In this document: piece by piece, positions 17,201-20,000 of the stretch | Layout of the letters: every line of letters starts with the position of its first letter | How positions within the stretch are numbered: position 1 is the stretch's first letter | Virus record (IMG/VR): IMGVR_UViG_3300025732_000038 | Source: an uncultured virus (IMG/VR IMGVR_UViG_3300025732_000038) | Lineage: Duplodnaviria > Heunggongvirae > Uroviricota > Caudoviricetes | Length of the DNA stretch: 20,000 bases | Strand: one strand, 5' to 3' | Notes under the pieces: model-generated | Databases searched by the model: none | Seen by the model: the letters and a program-made list of their open reading frames with translations, nothing else | Told to the model about the DNA's origin: nothing | Position numbers and translations under genes: made by a program

Positions 17201-19730
17201 CATTACGGGCGACCAGCATGGCCATGCCAAGAGCGCGCATCTCTTCAAGGGATGCTTCGCCAGCAATTGCTCGTTTCAATGTTGTCTTGACACGCTCGGG
17301 TTCAATCGCCTTTACAATCTTTTCAAGATTGATTGGCGCATCACCCTGGGCATCCATGAACCATTTTTGGTTCTTGATGCCGACCTCGCCCTCAATAAAC
17401 TTGCCGCCAGCCCGTTCATAGCGATCACGCACGATCTGGTTTTGGGCAACAGTCAACTTCTTATTCTTGGGAATCTTCATTTCCTTGCGGAAATCAGCGG
17501 CCAAAGAATCAAACTGTTCCTTATCGGCAATGCTTGGCCGCGAACCAGAAACACGGGCGGACATTCCACCCTCAACGCGGACTTCGCCAAACAATGCTTT
17601 ACGCACGTTCTCTGCCAGCGTCTTCTGCTGCGCTGGATTCCCACCAGAAACAATCGAATACCATTCACTTTGGATAATATTCGACTTCTGAATTACAGCA
17701 AGTTCTTTCTTGTCCAACTCCTGCCATTCCTTGGACAAGACGGACATGCGATCAATAACCTCACGACTGACTGTCTCCGTACGAGTGAGTTCAGCGGAGA
17801 TTTCATCAATCTGCTTGAGGGTCGAATTGTAGGACTCTTCCAACAAATCAAGTACGGGCGGTCGTTCACCCATAACAGCAGCAAGTGAATGCTGCTTGAT
17901 GAGCAAGGCATTCTTTGCTGCGTCAAGAGCCTGCTGCGCCATGTGCTTATGCATGCCAGAACCAGCGTTCTCGGCAAATGCATCAAGCACATTCTTCATT
18001 GCGCCAGATGCCTCTTGGTCTGCAGCCTTCATCTCTGAAGTAATAAACGACTCGGAGAATGAAGTGAAATCGTTGAATGCTTTGATGGCTTTGTTGCGCG
18101 CAGTAGCGCGCGACTTCACGGCAGCGGTCAACTCATTTTGAAATGCGCGCTCAATCTCGGGATTGACCTCAATGAGCGAATCCAACTTTTTGTAAACGCC
18201 ACTATCAATCATGCTCTTGCGACGAGCAATAATTCCCATCTGCTTAGTGTACGCATCCACATACTTATCAAGAACCGTGGGCAAATCTGTTTCAAAGAAA
18301 TCAAAGTCAAGTTTGCCGAAATCACGGGCAATCTTATTGAGCGAATCAATACCACCAGCAAGGTCTTCCTCTGTCAGAATCTTACCAAAGAAGTCGTCGC
18401 CAACTTCCATACGCGTCTTCCATGCGGACACATTATCAAGTGGGTTGAACACCTGATCGCGAACCGTGAGAGCAAGCGAACTCCCATCGTCGCTCATCCA
18501 TTGAAGCGCCTTGTCTGTCGTGATATGAGGAAAGTAGTTTTCTCTGAATTGAACTGGCGCTTCAGGATCAATGGCCTTAGCCGTGTTGTACACATCGCGA
18601 CCAAGATTATCCAAAAACTGACGAACACCGTTTGCTACACGTTCAGCAGCAGAACCAGACGGAGCCTGCTTGCCAGCAACATCAAGATACTTGTATGCAG
18701 TCGCGCGAGCAGACTGCAAATCTTCCTTCGATACAGCCTTGGTCAATTGATTGCGATATACGCCAGCCTTGCGTCCAGCGGCTCCCCACTCTGCGCGCTC
18801 GGCATTGCGGCTAACAACCAACTTGAGAAGATCAACGCTCTCCTCTGTGGAGGGACGTTCACCACGCGCCAATGCGACGCGGATAGCGTGCATGTCGCGA
18901 GGAGTAAACAACGAAGACAGACGCTTGAACACGTGGTCGCCAGACCATACTCGCAGCGAAGTGAGAGAACCTTCAGCAACAGTTCCCAACTTCGTTGTCA
19001 TTGGTATGCGCTTCCCAAACCAATAGACACCAGCGCGACTGTATCCAGCCTTGGCAAGAAGATCGGCGTCCTTTACTGCTGCGCGTCCACGACGAACGGC
19101 GTCAAGAACCAGTGATGGTTCTGCGCCAAGTTCAGCCAAACGATTAGCAAGCGCCAAACGCCCCTCTTGCGATGTCAATGATGAGATACGACGCGCTGCA
19201 CGCCCTGCCTTGCCAGTAAGTTTTGCTGTTTCGGAAAATGCCTTAGCCCCACCAAACGTCACGTATGTAAGTGGGTCTAGAAGAACATCGCCAGCAAAAC
19301 CAAGAGCCCTATTGACAAAACTGCTTCCCGTAAGATTGCCAATAACTTTTCCAAAACCGAACTCGGGGTCGGCAGCCTGCTTGAACAAGTCATCCCAAGA
19401 AGCATTTGTATTCGGGTCGGAGTCGCGCCAATCTGCCAATTCCTGAACGCCAGACGTTACAAGTCTGCCAGGATACGAAAGGATATTACCCGCTTCGGTA
19501 ACAACTTTACCGAGCGGCGAAGACATCACATCGTAAACAAACCCCTTCCATCCACCAGGTTCGGGCGGCTTCGTGCCAGGAGCAACAAAGCCCTCGGTCG
19601 CAGGCGTCGAAGGACCGAGCATATCCTTCTGACTGATGACAGCAGGACGCTTTGGCTTTGGCCGAGTCGCCGTAATCCTTGTCTGGTCTGCGCCCTGTGC
19701 CGATGCTAGCAGGTCTTCCCAGTTTGCCAC
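11241..19730 (-). CDS. Giant (2829 aa) helical protein, probable internal virion/ejection or large polyvalent protein
   Basis: Uninterrupted 8.5-kb ORF with a GGAGGA RBS and TAGTG coupling. Motifs DVLLDPLTY, ENYFPH, FFETD, PGFVVRN and LFDY...IVPFWFWMSRNLP resemble those in large phage injected proteins. Long A/E/K-rich coiled-coil stretches. Confidence 0.7.
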   Translation of the reverse strand: MANWEDLLASAQGADQTRITATRPKPKRPAVISQKDMLGPSTPATEGFVAPGTKPPEPGGWKGFVYDVMSSPLGKVVTEAGNILSYPGRLVTSGVQELADWRDSDPNTNASWDDLFKQAADPEFGFGKVIGNLTGSSFVNRALGFAGDVLLDPLTYVTFGGAKAFSETAKLTGKAGRAARRISSLTSQEGRLALANRLAELGAEPSLVLDAVRRGRAAVKDADLLAKAGYSRAGVYWFGKRIPMTTKLGTVAEGSLTSLRVWSGDHVFKRLSSLFTPRDMHAIRVALARGERPSTEESVDLLKLVVSRNAERAEWGAAGRKAGVYRNQLTKAVSKEDLQSARATAYKYLDVAGKQAPSGSAAERVANGVRQFLDNLGRDVYNTAKAIDPEAPVQFRENYFPHITTDKALQWMSDDGSSLALTVRDQVFNPLDNVSAWKTRMEVGDDFFGKILTEEDLAGGIDSLNKIARDFGKLDFDFFETDLPTVLDKYVDAYTKQMGIIARRKSMIDSGVYKKLDSLIEVNPEIERAFQNELTAAVKSRATARNKAIKAFNDFTSFSESFITSEMKAADQEASGAMKNVLDAFAENAGSGMHKHMAQQALDAAKNALLIKQHSLAAVMGERPPVLDLLEESYNSTLKQIDEISAELTRTETVSREVIDRMSVLSKEWQELDKKELAVIQKSNIIQSEWYSIVSGGNPAQQKTLAENVRKALFGEVRVEGGMSARVSGSRPSIADKEQFDSLAADFRKEMKIPKNKKLTVAQNQIVRDRYERAGGKFIEGEVGIKNQKWFMDAQGDAPINLEKIVKAIEPERVKTTLKRAIAGEASLEEMRALGMAMLVARNDIAPELRTRMEQYLAEAAKANSYLLAFNKANRSGRGVITVQRILDNYATIERAIIDDLTSHAAASNLLIRLGDVVGKVDMNQPIAYDILASIVDDNQYSSLRNLLSPFLGSDDNYINIRALANMQEGFEASDLAGLALRGPGVNAKSTIRDLGDMAMVNSIEETRSITWNELIDVLKGHMTEVNRHEFDISFAIQDVVRGELKNTSRGSRYINIGNMINSMTYELGNAPSMDEVENFIDKIITGKVEKDSVRTGVITGRVMYDPSSEKESLRALINDARRKLNEQNKIAYYDVQGQKDVAAVRRAVQEGKATGEALKQAKAEATAAFGKTIQEFEYGGTSVDDIRREFGNLLMETHFRSEVQLRFDRVVDLMAKEGFVANESMFRAVINAVARDSSTEVRSHLSGLTRVEAKMREVLDVIESSDWTGRSQELYNRLQKIVADDTFDNDRSVALITKLNGTGSAAELYAEFQRYGGKAGDSGFAWERKKLALALKNDMLTPEQRLALQKELESLPTPKQLSAKKAALKKGKLLDWWRAHVDPSATSLKDAEIVATLKEYKAIKSSSGRLTEDASPLEMKRWAQSTLQKAQESGRTMRQRTGWLMDASDPFVDVRQLKFTGNSIQDLPGWYANSLSYGARRLEAANEKFNFMLNEAIKAELTIEEFIYRIDAENPDIWNYRDIVVNEALNLPKGAKLTDAQDVLGVLEMQDLRAMRAMHNKIAEVESSPEYMRALVRQDEQSIIEQMVPYAASSPFDLYYQLPRHKVAKNAFDSGQTVYVKLGIKDYTAINEAASVRNQINATVKKNIELNTKWQAIDPTVKGAMAKRAAIEEEIKQLEATEQLLRAQMARIESTIEIDAKWEAQDYKLIQNPAEITEGNTYFIPKTDSTLGDVARVQRRIKQLAKAGKTEEADALQKQLDSSLRPLLESPIIPFVVRDSSGAPVHLGFEPWEIEMLFNFHGDSKLLASQLKETQAGIVPPMRQYAGEITAAEQAGKIGDEAQRAAYRMARSEGMSEEEARRYAMTVSRSAAKQREARLPSIASMRKDIEDADIAAARAEVMFEGATANSAKQKSVLQKIHWIAQAIGNGDITIEDVANAFSYTARTNKETVYTVDSNFVRWRKGYIDRVWADSKEAELLGTVDELRNSAEEVAYNKTVRETGKVVKTVTEMRNAARKAWGDVHAPQPGAPYGYKPWNIGDYSNIRTTKYQELIDAGVAPKEAEKQAQEFARTQAYKVPYEKPVVGVAGAKYELDRISDELTGYLESITRTTKEQYNALERYAALRSDGASIGEAVDTIAREVVDLHPQADILVTSAKLNEFAFRKAQIEAEIGFLKSIYPGDTYEIFGIGMTRTQTLEGTRAKLIKNAKEMEKELKKAWKAEDVATAKMERGRAKLVEQETKDVIRAEEALLEASKKFDSSHVNYMDAQKHAATVVPSLARKAEGLRTILDKLNAVKDRASDDLLAVKLDMEEWLKESEELLAEVGHTAAPESQTAISGEAGHWLTDAYSAYVNRPVAKKDYEKLLRLKADYLEASSAFVMRERQAAAAENMLLNLRDGYWGKRVVQQLNEGMVSLERLGLPSYQAAPELEEISRNMSQMLEPSYIRALNRVIGKYTGFFKSYATSTPGFVVRNAMQNTFMLVAAGASPKNMSEGLGWYRKFTQAVDNGTHEAWLASLNETDRFTVGLAIKAADASGYGKTSDAFLMWKPKRAGLTDNKYTRLFRTRNEAVEGSARFMLAYDSVVRGLDFNQATARVKRYLFDYTDVGVGDAIMRPIVPFWFWMSRNLPLQIMNQWQNPRAYNIYQDAMNNLGVNDDEDKFLPSWMKEQGAVKVGDNLYVMMDMGFNRVGQQFEEFSDPARLLSYVNPILRLPFETIFGDRKFYRNVPFRDEDQQTAGGPLKPAVQLLAELLFQGRDLPSGERGSSERFNYAVQNLVPLLGQVERIMPSTDYNEERQLSNIFGYLGIPLRGVTASQREAEQRRQENW

Positions 19731-20000
19731 TATGCCATTCCTCCAGCAATCATGTTGGCCATCTGTTCGATCTCTTGATCGGACAGAACACGAGGTGCAG
19801 CGCGACCGCTTCCACCACTACTAGAAACAAGGGGCTGCGCTACGGGAACGCCAGCCTGAAGAAGTTGCAACGCGCCGCTAGTACCAAGATTGTATGCTTC
19901 AAGCGCTTTCGCCTTTGCCTGCTCGTCAACAACGGAAGCAGCAGCACGCTTCTCTGACACGCCAGGTTGAGCCTGAGACCAAGCACCCTTAGCGCCATAG
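19730..20000 (-). CDS. Hypothetical virion-associated protein (C-terminal part; 5' end outside window)
   Basis: The frame stays open to the window edge (YGAKGAWSQAQPG upstream of 19960), and its TAG overlaps the GTG start of the giant gene. Confidence 0.7.
   Translation of the reverse strand, partial: YGAKGAWSQAQPGVSEKRAAASVVDEQAKAKALEAYNLGTSGALQLLQAGVPVAQPLVSSSGGSGRAAPRVLSDQEIEQMANMIAGGMA

Noticed and set aside
16956..19115. Long + strand ORFs (16956-17888, 310 aa; 18138-19115, 325 aa)
   Set aside because: They are antisense shadows of the giant gene, with no RBS, atypical composition and no motifs.
11241..19730. Giant ORF as a virion RNA polymerase or DarB-like methylase/helicase
   Set aside because: I found no DxDGD, T7-type polymerase, NPPY/F or Walker A/DExx helicase motifs by eye. 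A diverged enzyme domain cannot be excluded without structure prediction.

Overview
Segment of a tailed dsDNA bacteriophage genome with moderately high GC (an actinobacterial host is plausible but cannot be shown from this window). The + strand (1-10765) carries an early region of small ORFs, an amidoligase/class II glutamine amidotransferase pair with Zn-finger extensions, and a replication/recombination block: Cas4-like PD-(D/E)XK exonuclease, possible SSB, DnaB-like helicase, AEP primase-polymerase, RusA resolvase, a second PD-(D/E)XK-like protein and a sigma-region-4/DUF1599 fusion. The - strand (10747-20000) carries the convergent end of a late operon: a partial ORF, a 2829-aa probable internal virion protein and an M15-type peptidase endolysin. 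The most striking non-coding signals are in the early intergenic DNA. They are a complete type II hammerhead ribozyme fold (227-288) with a loop I/3' tail pseudoknot and a variant core (CUGAAUGA-U), and three copies of an 18-bp palindrome TGGTAGG-W4-CCTACCA. One copy abuts the ribozyme, one caps a 25-bp hairpin and one precedes the amidoligase gene. All calls come from reading motifs by eye; no database searches were run.
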